A DNA stretch of 64,000 bases, from assembly GCA_012295275.1 (NCBI GenBank), contig CM022665.1, positions 21,824,001 through 21,888,000 on the forward strand, written 5' to 3'. The DNA comes from Chrysomallon squamiferum (Eukaryota; Animalia; Mollusca). The translations under genes and the position numbers were made by a program. The notes under the pieces are model-generated. The model was not told the origin of the DNA, ran no database searches, and was given only the letters and a program-made list of their open reading frames with translations. Positions 35,401 through 49,227 of the stretch are shown in pieces (within the stretch, counting starts at the first letter, position 1; every line of letters starts with the position of its first letter).

Positions 35401-38400
35401 AATTTATTAAAAAAATAATATTAAAAAACTGTAGCAACTATGAAACATTATTGAAAAAACCTATCATAGTAATATTACTTCAATGTTTTAAAATCAAACC
35501 GATTCTTAGAAAAACTATAAAAACAGCAAAGTGATGTGTTCATGTAATAAACAGTCACCTGAAAGTTGTCTGGATCAAAGTCACCAATTTTCTGACCACT
35601 GTTAATGTCAATGTTACCAAGAGCAATCTGGTAAGCACGATCATCTGGTAACTGACTAACAGATTAAGGAAATAACATTTTTTTTTTTTTTTTTTTTTCA
35701 CATACTTGAATCAGTAATTAATGTGCACGAATGTTTTGATGCTAAACCAACATTTACAAGAAATGGACAACAATGGAGAACCTTAAAGATTGTGTGTGAG
35801 AAGAAAAATAATTTTTACATGGAACTCATAAATTCAGTTTGGTGAAGAAAAGATATAAAATATTACCTGTTTGATAGGTTTACATTTTTTTTAAAAAGTT
35901 TGTTACAAGTCAAAATTAATTTTCTGGAATGAAATAAAAATAGAAATGAACAAAAATAAATTGGACATCGTGATTTTCATGGTTTAATAACCTTAAATTA
36001 AGGATACGGTCCAGCATATGTTAATTCTGAAGAATCCATTTCTGGTGGATAAGGATTCAGAGGAACCAATTTCCGCTTCAATGGGTCAAAAGCCAGTTGG
36101 TATAAGAATGTGTTATCTGCTTTAATAAATCCATCAATATAATCCGAAGGAATATCATCCCTTAATTTAATATAAGCAGGTAGTTTTTTCAGCAGCTGAA
36201 AAGATCCATTGATTTCTTAAAACTATTGGACAGATCAAAAACACATTTGTTACAAGATAATAAACTATCACATATGTACAGAAAAATTTCTAACTAATAT
36301 ATTTTAACTTTTCAGTTACCTAAAAAAGAAAACATAAATTTAGAACATTCCACCAAAATACAAGGTATTTAATTAAATTTTATAAATTATATAAGCAAAA
36401 TATGTACGTGAAATTATGAATGAAACAAAGATTAACTGGACAAACTCACTTGTTTAATGTCAGTTTGTCGAGCAGATCTGAACACTTTCACTGCTTTTAC
36501 TAATCCAATTCCATGTAATGAGGGCAGGTAGTCACAACCAGACAAAATACATGCATAACGGAACTTGTCAAAGCTGTAAAAACCATTCTGAATCTCCAGT
36601 GCTTCATTCAGCCGATTTTTTTCCACTAAAAGCCCATTGCCATTGAAGTCCATTTTAAAAATGATCTACAGATAAAATTATATCACTAATTATATTACGC
36701 TTAAAATTAATATGCATTTTGAACACAATTATATTTCTTTATAGTAAATTATATTTTGAAGCAAAGTTAGTATTTTGTATGTGTCTTGTATTCAATCAAG
36801 TAAAAATACTGTTCCCAATACACAGAATCAGTTTCATTAATCTTTTATTACCAAAACTGAACATTAGCCATACTCATAAAATAAAAAAATAAATGCCTAA
36901 ACTTTAAAAATTATTATACTAAAAATGGTATAGATAAAAAAATAATTGTGCTCTTATATGTTCTGAGAAAATAATACCTTCTCACAACCAAAAAGTAACA
37001 AATCAGAATCTTCAGTAACTATGATTTGTGCTATTCCAGCCTTGTTAAGATAGGCTAGTTGAGCATCAGCTTCATAAGGAGCAACAATACAGTCAACACC
37101 TCTATGGTGACAGGCCTGTGAATTAAGACATTAATGGGATATAGTAGTTTTATTATCTGAAATCATTAGGATAGACTATAGTATATATAAATATTCAGTA
37201 ACACCTGTAACATATACAAATTAAACATGTACATAATTAATGAAGCAATACTTCAGATTAAAAAATAAAAGCTATAAAAAAATATTAAACAGACATTTCT
37301 GTCATGCTCTAGGTCAAATAAATCAAAACAATCACTACTTCTTAAATTCCACAACAAAATAAGATCACTGTGACTGGACTGCAACCACCCCAAATTTTTT
37401 TTTTTAATCTATACTTAAAAATTTGTATAGACTAATATAAGTTAATACTTTAGGTGCAGAATAATATCAAAACAAAACACACTGACATTCATCAAATTTA
37501 ATGCCATTTGTGGTGTTACATCTATACACCTCTGCAAACATTCTCTAGCTTCAGCACGTTTTCCTTCACGTAAAAACACAGCAGCTTTCTTTTTGTATAT
37601 TTCTCTTCGCCTGGTAAAAAAAATTTAAAATAAAAGGATTAAAATAAAAAAATATTCTGCAAAGTATGGGATATTATATTAAAATACTATGAAATCAGAA
37701 AAATCATAACTTAATAAGTTTCACTGAATACAGTTTGAACTGAAGCTACATTAAAACATTGTAATGATATAGGTGTATTTTTATCATATAAAACATACTG
37801 TATTTTAAACAGACTTTAAGTGCTTGTGTTTTAGAGATTTACATCCAAATCAGATTTAGAGATTCAAAATAAATAAATAAATAAAATTCTTATTAATTTT
37901 TTTAAATATTATTATTTATTTATTTATTTATTTTTACATTGATGACTTCTATGAACAAACACATTAAAACCAATTTCACTCTTACTCTCTGCGAGCTTTC
38001 TCAACACCTTTCTTGGATGGAAGATGACAGCCATCAAAAACCAAGATAGGCTTTAGTCCATGTTTTAACATGTACTCTACATATTTCATACAGAAGTAGA
38101 CATACCTGGAAAACAACAAAACAATTTATATATTTATTTTTATTTCAATTTACCTTTATTACCTCATGTTTGTGCAAATTGATCTGCAATATTTAACTCT
38201 TATTTTTCTTTTATCAACATTCACAGTTTAAACGAAGCTAGAATAAATTCAGAACTTATTTCATAGCCTGGTATGTAGGAAACAATAATTACTTGTAATT
38301 TTACTTTATTTTATTTATATTTTACCCTTTGAAAATAAATAGCTTAAACTGTTAATGTTAAAATTGTCCTTTTTTTCTGGAAAGTTCCTCATTTTAATCT

Positions 38401-38776
38401 ATCAAAGGCTGTATAAGCTTTTCTAAGTAAGGATGGATTTACATATTATTTATTATTTATAATAATACTATGTACTAGTGAAAGTGGGTTTCCTCTCTCA
38501 GATCATTAAGTATTATACAAAAACACATATACTGACATATAACAATAATTATTAATGTAATGTTCTGTTATTAAAATATTCATAATTCATTAATTCTGTT
38601 TATTGAACAACTTACTGATCTGTAGGTTCCCCCAAAGCCAGTTTGTCAGCACAGGAAAATGCACCTTTATGCAGCCAGCAATATGCATCAATAGCCACCG
38701 TCTGACCCTGGAACTGTGCTATGTTTACTGGTGTGTGAAGTTTCTTCAAGAAAGGCAACAGTCCCTGAATGCCCAT
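32428..38776 (-). CDS. EXO1: Exonuclease 1 (XPG/Rad2 family); final exon uncertain
   Basis: Exons (minus): 38616-38776, 37986-38105, 37487-37610, 36978-37115, 36450-36665, 36008-36195, 35559-35655, 34957-35137, 34253-34628, 33171-33964, 32690-32816, probable last 32428-32464. [55 protein letters not shown] box RSRFF, CRVSGL and PIP-like [11 protein letters not shown]. Confidence 0.95.
35656..36007 (-). other. U12-type (minor spliceosome) GT-AG intron in EXO1
   Basis: On the minus strand the donor is GTATCCTT and a TTCCTTAAT branch sequence lies directly before CTGTTAG; splicing restores [20 protein letters not shown]. Confidence 0.9.
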
Positions 38777-39339
38777 ATTGCACTGAAAGTAATTATTTTG
38801 AAGTTAAATGATTAAATAAACTATCTGTGAAATATTAACATTCTATAAAAGGATCATTAATGGTGTAAGTTTGAAAATTTAACTATGTATTATCTATCTA
38901 CTAATAATAAGAATTAAATGAAATATAAATTAACATTTTGTTGCCATCAACCAAAAAATAAACTTAGAAATTAAATCATGACTGATCATTGTTTGATTTA
39001 TTACATTATTAAAAACAAATTGCCTTACTTATTGTGGTTTGAACTTAACTTTCGATGTTCCTTGATTTTTTTATCATTTTTTTTTTCTATCCAGTTTTCC
39101 AATGAACATTACTTATTCAAGTTATTGGAAAAGGTGGATTACTATGGTCTGGGTGTTACATTTTCATGATCTCTACCTCGGTAAGTTTTGACACTTTGTT
39201 GCATACAAATGAAATAAATAAATAAATCCTAACTAAATGTACTTATTGACATATTAATTAAATAAAGTACATATTTTATTAAAAAGAGAAAATAAAGAAA
39301 ATATATTTAATTAACAATTACAGCGGACTACTTTTCTGA

Positions 39340-39620
39340 ATGACACATTACATTACCTTTTTATCTTGCGGCAGATGCGTAACGCGCAGGATGAAGAATA
39401 AAACTAAATTGACAGCGTTTTGAAAAATGTACGTGTAGACTTTAATACAAATTGACTTATCTTTCTAATAGTATGTATTTACGTGTCTGTTATTTTGATT
39501 TATCAGTTTACTAACAATTATTGAAATTTGATAAACAAAATAAATTCACCAATAACTTTTGTTTATTTTTCCCGCGTTATGTGTTTTTTGTGTAATTTCC
39601 TTCAAAGCATCGACGATTTA
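39340..39620 (-). promoter_or_regulatory. EXO1 promoter / first non-coding exon region
   Basis: CpG-retaining island; E2F-like TTTTCCCGCG at 39567-39576, CCAAT at 39549-39553; candidate minus-strand donor near 39356. Confidence 0.55.
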
Positions 39621-41378
39621 GTTTGTTATTGCCAACAATATTGAATATTTTTTGGGGGAATAACAAAACTATAATAATAATAATAACAGAGAGAGAGAGA
39701 AGAAAACAATAACTGTTTAATTATCTGAAACTCCTTGGTTTTACTTTATTGAAACAATGGTACTGACATTACATTTGTCCCATCTTGTAAATTTATATCC
39801 ATGAGCACCATTTTTCTCATGAAAGTTAAAAATGAATTGTTTTTATTTCAATTTCTTTTGGTAATAGTAATATTTGTTAGCAAATTATCAGTTTAAATGG
39901 ACATACTTGTGTTCATTAAGACAAATTTCATACAATTTTTATTTCATACACTGGACATTTTTATCTCCACTCTGCCTTGCTTTTGATATATAAAAGCTAA
40001 TGGTATGTCACTATGTGGATTTGTGCATGCTTTTATGATACTTATTAAGGTAGGTGTGGAGAGCCAATAACATTCCTTTTATGAACTCCAGTATTTCGTG
40101 TCCTGTTTAAAGGCTTTGAAGCACCATTAAATAAAATATTTATTGAACTCATATGTTTATGAATTACAAAACACATTAATTTTAACGTTTCTAATTTTAA
40201 AAATATATATAATTTTTTATTTTATTATTATTATTCTTTTTTTTTTACAAGTAATGACACCTTTTAATTATTGTTTTTACCAACAAGAAAAGAAATATAA
40301 TTATCAAATATTTTATCAACAAGGATTTTTTAAGCAGTTTTTCGAGATACAACACAGCAATTAATTCTTTTGAGAATATTTCTTACAGAAAGATGCAAAT
40401 TCTTAAATGCTGGAAATAAAAATAATATTAATTGTTCTCCAACACTTGTGGACTGCATTTTGCAATAATGAAAAGTATCAAATTATGAAGATGTACTAAA
40501 ATGCAAGTTACAGAACTATAGGCATGGATCCAAGAAGGGGTTAATAGGGTCTGTAGATCCTTTCTCACAACAAAGTATTTTTTCCACTTAAAGTGTATAG
40601 AGATGATGAAATTTGTTTGTTTTTATATTCCATAAAATTTCCACAGCATCTTTATTACTGAGAGCAGCACATTTTAAATACTGAAGAATACCAATGTCAG
40701 TAAAACAAAATAGTGTCATGACTACCAATTAGAAAGTTTATTTAAAGTAATATTTAAAAACCATGATTTACAAAATATTCAGCTGATACAGCTTTATTCT
40801 CAAGATGGTTTTACTTCTTATTCAGTATTTAAAATTTATTTAACAAAAACAACAGTTAAAAGCTTCAAATTTTGTTTTCACAATAAATTTATTGTTTACT
40901 TAATGATTTCAGTTTATTCTCACTTTTACATTTTCTGCATTCCATAATAGCATACAATCTATACACTTTTTTTTAATATAAAACATGATATGGACATCAA
41001 CATATGCTTTTTTCCTGAGAGCTGATTGGTACAAACAGCTTTATGTAAATTCCTTCAGTTTTTCCAAGATGCATTAACTTTGTTCCTATTTCTATTTCAG
41101 AAATAAAAATTAGTAAGCTCTTAGGAAGGATCAAATAAAGAACACTAATGAATATATTTTAGAAAAAAGTTTTATATTCTGACAAATTAAATGTCAAAAT
41201 TCCAGTGAACAGTTCGTTATTTATGCAGGCATTACAATCATTATTAAAATGACCAACAAAATACAAAACACAATAAAACATTAGATTTTCAGAGAAGTCT
41301 GTATTTGTGATTCATAAAGCACAACATGAGAATCTAATGATAAGGACAGCATATGTATTAAGTGTGTCTAGAAATTTG

Positions 41379-42215
41379 TTATGTAAGAATGTCATGTGCT
41401 CGAACTTCCACCAGTCGTTCCATCTGTTTAACATCCTCGCACCACTGCTTTAACCGTGACTGCATGGAGGAGATCTGTGCAAACCAAAAGAAGATAAAAA
41501 CTGTAATGATAATAAATATATCTGTGTTCTGATTTTTAAAGCTTTTAAAATTCATTTGAAAGTTAATATATTTTATTTAACCTATCTTTTTCGGTTCATT
41601 TGAATTAACAATTTAGGATATTTTAAGGAATTTTTTTCAGTTATTTTTTTTGACACTGGTAACAATTTTTAAAATCGACAAATGCAGTGTAAAAAAAGTA
41701 TTTTATACTTTCATTATATATAGTATTAATGCATTCATATCTTATGGCTTGACTGTTTTGTTGCTGTAATTACATAATTCAGAATTTGTTTTTTTATTTC
41801 TGTGAGTAACATTTACACACTGTTTTGTATTTCATGAATAACAAGACCTGTACCTGATTGATATCAAGAACACGAGGCTGTACCCAAGTCACATGAACCT
41901 TTTCATCCACCTCATCAATTGATCCTTTAACCAAGGAAAGACTAAGGGCCTTCATCACTAGCATCTCTACCTGTAAAAACAAATATTTAAATAGGTAATG
42001 AAAATTCTTATTTACCATAAAATTTATTGTATATTATAATCACTATGTGTATTTAAACAATAAATGTCAATCAAAAAAACCTTCACAGTAAGTGTTATGT
42101 ACAAATCCAGTTTAAAATATTTTAATTAACTTAATGTATTGTTCTAGTTATTTGGTATTCAGTATGGTTAGCAATATCTTTATTTATTTTTAATATATAC
42201 TGATGCAGTTATGTT

Positions 42216-42261
<46 letters not shown>

Positions 42262-45200
42262 CAAACAAATAATACCTCTGGTAAGGGAATTTTTGCTTCA
42301 TCTGCTATCTCTTTGAAGCTTAACTGTCTGTTTGTTGCAGGTCGTCTGAAGGTCATCTAAAATTTTACCAAAAGACTACATTTATCTGTTGTTCAAAACA
42401 CTGTTGTCATGGGAGATAACTGAAGAAAAACTTTGAAAATAATAAATAATATGTATTTTACAGCTGTACTTCATGCTAACCTTCATAACATTTTATGTGA
42501 TCATTTAGTACTGAATTAAGAAGAAAACTTATTTTATTAAATGATAAAAGTAACAAACCAGATAAACAAAACACATAGTTAAAATATTGAATTTACAAGA
42601 GACTATAAATTTTTTTTTTTTTTTTTTTACTTAGAATACTAAATTTCATATTGTTGTATACTTAATGTACACTTTAACTGAAATTTCTTCTTATAAAGTG
42701 CAGTTTTAAGAGTTACCTCCATTAAACATAACAGAGTAATTTTCTGTCGCATTTGAATTTCATGAGCAGCCAGGTCAGGCTGAAAATAAAACCAGAACCA
42801 TTAACACACTGAAAAATTACAAGGAAAAATGAACAATAGGGTAACAACCTCAACATCAATCAAGAAACTATCAAAATATTTTTAATACCAAGTAAAATCA
42901 CACATGCTAATGCTAATTCTGATAACGACTTGAAAGGTATATCCCTATAAAAACTTTTAAAAGGTTACTGATTAATATTTTATATAAATTTTATTCAAAA
43001 TAACAAAATTGTTACTTGTTGCATCCAGCTTTTCTTAAGGATGTCAAACTGTGCTAGATTACCACTGTTGAATGCAAACAGAAGATCAACAAGCCAACTT
43101 CTGTCTGTTGACCTTAAAGATTCCAGTATTGGATGTGCCAGCTAAAATGGAAAATAAATAAAAATAAGACATATTAGTTTTCTTATTTCAAAATTGAAGT
43201 CTCTGCAATTATTCAGTGTTAAATCTTAAAACATAAACTTTTTAGTAAATTTATCATTTAGAATTCTGACATGGTGAAAAACCATTATTTTAATTAAACT
43301 AAAACACAGAATTTAAAGTTATTCAAACATACCAGTTCTCCAAAATTATAAACACCATCACCCAAAATGGCTGCAAGACCTAGATTGAAGGCTCTTTCTG
43401 TTTGTTCACCAGCTGAAAAAAATAAATATGAAGGGATGAGAATGAGAGAAACTACCTTTTCATCAGTATTATGATAAAGGTACATTACAAAAAGCTTAAA
43501 ATTCATAAAATAGCTTATAAATAATACTGAACACATTTCAGCTAAACTGTATTAAAACTCATTCACATGTTTAGAGGATCATAGATTTTATTACTAACCA
43601 ACAATACAAAATAGCCTAATACTGGCTTGGTATATCCACTGATTACAATTTTTTTTTTTTTTCCTTTTAAGAAAACAACTTTATTTGGTATTTACAATCT
43701 AAAACAAAAATGCATTATTGATAATGAAGAAAACATACATGGAATATCTTCAAGTTTAATACATCCTAGGTATCGGAGAGCATCTTTGTAATATTCAGCA
43801 TGATTTCCCATCTGCTTGTGGTAGTCGCTTGACAATTCATAAAAACGACCATGAACTGTGGTTACTCCATCAATACAATCCAGCATGCCTTTAGCCTCTT
43901 CTACAAGATCCTGAAGTAAAACCAAATTCCAATAAAAAGTATATAATGTTAACTGTTATTTTAAGCTGCTTATGTTATTTATGAAACACAATAATGTAAG
44001 CACTGGATGCAAATATAGCTGTAACAATGGTAATCATGTAACTCAGAAGTTTATTATAATTTGATGTAACACTGAGAATTCAAAAAAATTACTAACTTTG
44101 GTTCCATCATAATCCTTGTTCTTCAATTTAATTGTTCCCATCTGGGTCATACAAAGAATTCTGGCTTCATCACTGCTTTTAACCTGTAATAAACAATATT
44201 ATATGAAAAAGAAAAAAAGATTTATATTATTTTAAATAGTGTAAAGTCTAGTTATTAAAAGATCAAAAAAGCAAAAAGATGAAAATTACATTTTTGTGTA
44301 ACAATAACTGAAAAAAGAGAAGCAAAAACACATATCTATATTTTGAAATTGTTTAATTGGCAGAAAGTTCTTGGCATATACATTTATTTTTAATATTTTA
44401 TCATTGAAAATTGTATTTACTTTATCGTTAATCTTGTCCAAAAATTCCAGTGCTTGTTTGGAATCTGAAAAGAAAAAATATTTTTTTCACAGAAGAAATG
44501 TTAAGACATAGAGAGTTAAACATAATTATGAGTTTGTATACACATATATTTATGTATGACACATTCTCAAAAGGTGAATTCTGAAGTGTGACTCAGGTGT
44601 TGGAAAATAAATACATAAATATAAAATTTTACTGAAAAGATCATCTGTTTTTTACACTAGTAAATATTAGTGTCATCATTAACAAGTAAAACATTGTTTT
44701 CTTTTTGTTTGTGATATAATCCATGGAAATCACATATCCAAGATGTGAAACATATATTTGTCTTGGTTTTAATATGTTAGATAAAAGTAAAATTTCAGGT
44801 CAACAAAAAACGAAAAATGAAATTTGTGTTATTATAATATCTGCAAAATAATTTCTAAACAATATCAACTCTAGCACAGAAAATATAAAACAATGAATCA
44901 AAAGAAAAAATCTGAAGCACTATGTTTTGGTTAAAATAAAAACACTGTTGTAGAACTTTGTCATTTTGGGTTTCAAAATCAAAATCAAGCTCTGACAACT
45001 TAGTACTTATTAAATCGTTCCTGATGATTCCATTCTTATATTAATGATCAAGCATAGCTTTAAAAAAATGGATGACCAATTTTCTTAATTATTATTCAGA
45101 AAGGTACAGCAAAAAGGTATTCTGTAAAAAAACAAAACAAATGAAAGTCCTCAAACTAAAATTATTTCTCCTGGAGACAAGTGCTGGCACAGACTCTGTG

Positions 45201-47817
45201 AACTCAAGTAATAGTGAAAGTATGAATTTTGTAACATATGTATAGTTAAGTGCAGCTTTTAATATACTGTACACTTGTAACTGTGGCAAAATGTCATGTC
45301 CTGCCTGCTAGTAACCTTTCATTAACTTTGATGAAATAAGCAAAAAATACATTCAGTTATTTGTATAATAGCCATAAAGCATGATTTCTGCTTTCATTAT
45401 TGATATCTGAGTGGTTTATGTTCTGGACACTGCATCTTGAAAAAGATAATAATGCTTGAAAATATCTTACTGTTCAAATTGTCTGAACCATTTCCATTAA
45501 ATTAGAACAATGTGGAATATATTCCTGTTATTTAAAAGGTGTGATCTGGATTATGTTTCCAAAACAAACCACAATCGGCAGAAGTAGTTGAGTGGACATG
45601 ACAAAAAAACAACATAGTTTTGGCAGAGACTGAAAAATCTTTTTCCTAAAATATGAAACCTTTGCCATCAAAACTGTTTCGTTCATGTGATAAAGTATTA
45701 TAAACAGATTATTTCTGTAATAGCATCTAAAAGGTTGTTTTGTTTCTGATGCAAGTAAATAAAAATTATGCAAATCACATCTGTGACACTTTTTATGTTG
45801 ATCGACATTTCCCCCCCCACCAAAGAAATATTTGTATAGAATGGACATTTATGTTTATATGTGTCATGCATATTAAATCATTTAAATACCAACCCATTAA
45901 GTTGTTAAAAATCTGAATATAAACAGCATTAGAATAATTAAAATCATTTATATTCATCAAATAGTCAGCATTTTAAAAAAGATGGGTGTCATCTTCTTTG
46001 TACCAGATGTAATTTTTTTCATAATTCAATTACAAATTAATAAATACTATAGATCCAATTAGGAATAACTGGATTTAAAGAAACATATATTACCTGGAAT
46101 TTGTCTGACCACAAAGATAACAATCTCCATAAGTGCCAGCGGATTGATCCTGTAAATAAAAATCAAGACAAGATATAACAGAGATTTATCTTCTGTCATG
46201 TATCAGCAATATACAGAAGATTAAACAAATAAATAGGTGGGGTTTTTTCAAGCACATTAATATTTTTAGTATTTTAATAAAATTTATAATAACTAATTCA
46301 AATATGTAATCGTGAAATTAATTAATTACTTCTAAAAACTGGATTTTGTTTGATTTTATTGTTACAGTGGTCTCCCCAGTGTTTGTGAAAGGGATGGCAG
46401 TAAATGGTGCAAATTAAACGAAGGACGGTACTACAAAATTTCAGGGTACAAGTACTATGAACAATGTTCAAATTACTTGTTTGTCAAAAATACTCCTATA
46501 AATCATTGCATCAACTGCATTAACTATTAATAAATTTACTTTATTTGCAATTAAATAAAATCAAAGTGTCTGTTTAATTTATTATAAAAAATGAAGTTCA
46601 CTAAATAAATGGGTGATGGATATTGCCGCCGTTGCTGATGAATGGCAGGCAAACTCATCATAAGTCATAAGGGATGGCAGGCCCACCATCTCTTACAGTA
46701 TGTAGTAAGACCTCAGAGTTATATCTGTTAAATGCATACCTGTGTTCAAAATCAGCAATAACATTTTCATAAAGCTGAAAGAAAGAGAATAAATTAAAGA
46801 GAGTTATCACAATGACAATTTTAACACAAGTATGAAATTATCTTTCACTTCAAAGAATGATTTTTCCTATATAGTTTGATGTATTTTTATTTTAAAGCAT
46901 TTCATTATTATATGTATTATGAAGAAACAAAATATGTAATATTATTCGATGAAGATTGGATTTTTTTTTTAATTGAAGTTTTATTTCAGAAAGTATATTA
47001 CTCTTTAATTTTACTTAAATATGCTATATATCAAAACAAGGTCTGCAAAAATGAGGTCCTGAATGCTTGATGCTTAAAACTGTAATATCTCAATAAATTT
47101 TATTATCAGTTGTCAAAGATATGATGGAATGTGTGAAAAACATGCCATTCCATTAATGTACTTACACATACACACCAGATAAAAATTCAGTTTGATAAAA
47201 GAAAAAGTGATTCGATCAATGGCAAGAATGAGAAATAGCTCATTAGGAACTGATACAATGATTAGAACTCCAGAATATGGCAAATATTTACTGGCCCAAT
47301 ATTACTAATCAGTTATCTCCACCTTTCTTCTGAAAATCCTTACCCGCAGTAAACCATCTCCTTTAGAAAATACTGGATTTTTCACAAACGTCAGAAGCTT
47401 TAATGTCAGCTGATGCCACAATCTATAAGTAAGAATAACTCAATTTCACACAAAATATAATTTAATAATTTAATCTGAGATTACAGAAAACCATGCAACA
47501 TTTAAAAAAATTATTGGCCGTTTTATTCATAATAAACAATAATGCTATATTAACAACAACTAAAGGTCAAATCATTCCAAATATAAATTAACAGATTAAT
47601 ATTGTAGACAATATAATGAATATTCGATGTTTAACTTTAAGCTTCAATTTTGATGAATCATTGTTTCCATTATTGCTTAGATAGGTTCATTAAAATATAA
47701 ATTAACACAAGTTTACTTTTTGTTATATAATTCTTCGATTGTTCCCCATTCTGATGCTAAATCACCACTGCTCTTTCGCTGTTGTTCACTTAAATAAGCA
47801 CCAACGTCTCTCGGCAT
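41379..47817 (-). CDS. PSMD13: 26S proteasome non-ATPase regulatory subunit 13 (Rpn9), about 378 aa, 13 exons
   Basis: Exons (minus): 47717-47817, 47344-47422, 46740-46774, 46094-46149, 44421-44464, 44097-44183, 43739-43910, 43333-43412, 43016-43141, 42717-42779, 42276-42356, 41854-41970, 41379-41474 (1137 nt). [70 protein letters not shown]. Confidence 0.97.
45050..45800 (-). mobile_element. Possible highly decayed Tigger/pogo DDE transposase relic in PSMD13 intron 4
   Basis: Minus-strand fragments in colinear order: [21 protein letters not shown]...[19 protein letters not shown]; these resemble DETGLFWK.LPD.T ... HKLPL ... NPRAL ... VFLPPNT. Many stops and frameshifts. Confidence 0.4.
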
Positions 47818-47819
47818 GA

Positions 47820-48030
47820 TTACGAGAAAGAAAATGTCTTTTCTCACAGAGAATACTTCTAGACTATTTTCTTTTAAAAGTTCCGTCTTCAGGCTTGATA
47901 TTTGTAATCGAACGTAAATTCTCGTTGAAAACCAGTATATTTTCGAAACGGAAGTAAGTTTCGCAGCTCACCGCTACTCGCCATTTTCAACGTTATTCGT
48001 TGTAGCTTAGTCTTTATTAGTAAGTATCCA
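47820..48030. promoter_or_regulatory. Bidirectional PSMD13 / USP16-45 promoter
   Basis: CpG-retaining; ETS/GABP-like CGGAAGT at 47949-47955, YY1-like CGCCATTTT at 47979-47987; plus-strand donor GTAAGT at 48019; PSMD13 ATG at 47817. Confidence 0.65.
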
Positions 48031-48690
48031 GACATTAATCTTCATCAGAATATTATTAATCCATGTTCCGTGGTGAACTCATATTGTAAACAGTATTAAT
48101 ATTTAATGTAATTTAAAATGTTTTAGAAAGGACGGTGGTGCACTGAAAATGAAACAGTGCAACTAACAGCAGTCTGAGTAATTGTACTAATTCCCAAGTG
48201 ACTAAAACTGCCAGCACATTAGTTCGCATAATACGATATCAAGGCTCATTGACTCATTGCTTTTGAGTACTTATTACTTTTTACACATCTATCAATTAAC
48301 TATCATGATGATACAAAACGAATAAAAAAAGTATACATTTTTACAGGTTATTACAGATGGAATTGCCAAAATTGGGTTAAGTTGAAACTGAAAGTAACTG
48401 AACCGTTACTTTCGATAAACATTAAGATGATTAAATTATTATTTTCATCATATACTATATGGTGATTTCATTCTTATTAAAAACTCATTATTGTGATGGA
48501 AATAATAACTATTTCTGAAATCTCATTTCTATGTTTTTAAAAATAAATAAATATGTATAATATATATATATATATTTTTTTTTTTTTTACACAAACTGTG
48601 ACAAAGCACTGATGAAAATATCCTTAAATTATATAAACATTATATGATAAGGTATGTTTTTAAAATTAAATATGTATCAGTTTATGAATA

Positions 48691-48724
<34 letters not shown>

Positions 48725-48786
48725 CAAAAATATTTGTAACCAGACATGTTCATTCATTCTTATTAGGTAAATGAGCAATCAACTAG

Positions 48787-49087
48787 ATGAGAGTTCTTGA
48801 GGTGGACCCTCCCCCAACTTATACAATGGGGAAGAATAAGAAGCATAAAAAGCATCGTAAAGGGAAAGATGCTTCAGATACCAGTGAAGATGGAGCATCA
48901 GGTAATTATTGCTTGGCTTAATATTATGGGAATGGATAAGTTCTTGACAGTCCTAACACAAGAGGACGTTGATCTCACCCTAGGCAACACTGCCATAAAT
49001 TCAGTTTCTGCATGGGTGAAATCACTGTACATTTTATGTGCAACTAGAAGATGTTTAAAATGATTATGTTATGAAACTTACTACTAT

Positions 49088-49173
<86 letters not shown>

Positions 49174-49185
49174 AGAGAGAGAGAG

Positions 49186-49227
<42 letters not shown>

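Noticed and set aside
45326-45412. C/D-box snoRNA-like segment (TGATGA...CTGA)
   Set aside because: On the strand opposite the host PSMD13 transcript, imperfect C box, minimal terminal stem, no recognisable rRNA guide.
48908-49036. H/ACA-like two-hairpin segment in the first USP coding intron (ACACAA hinge, TCACCC/GGGTGA stem, ACA-TTT)
   Set aside because: The first hairpin is weak, pocket-to-ACA spacing is off and it starts almost at the donor site; unsupported without a covariance search.
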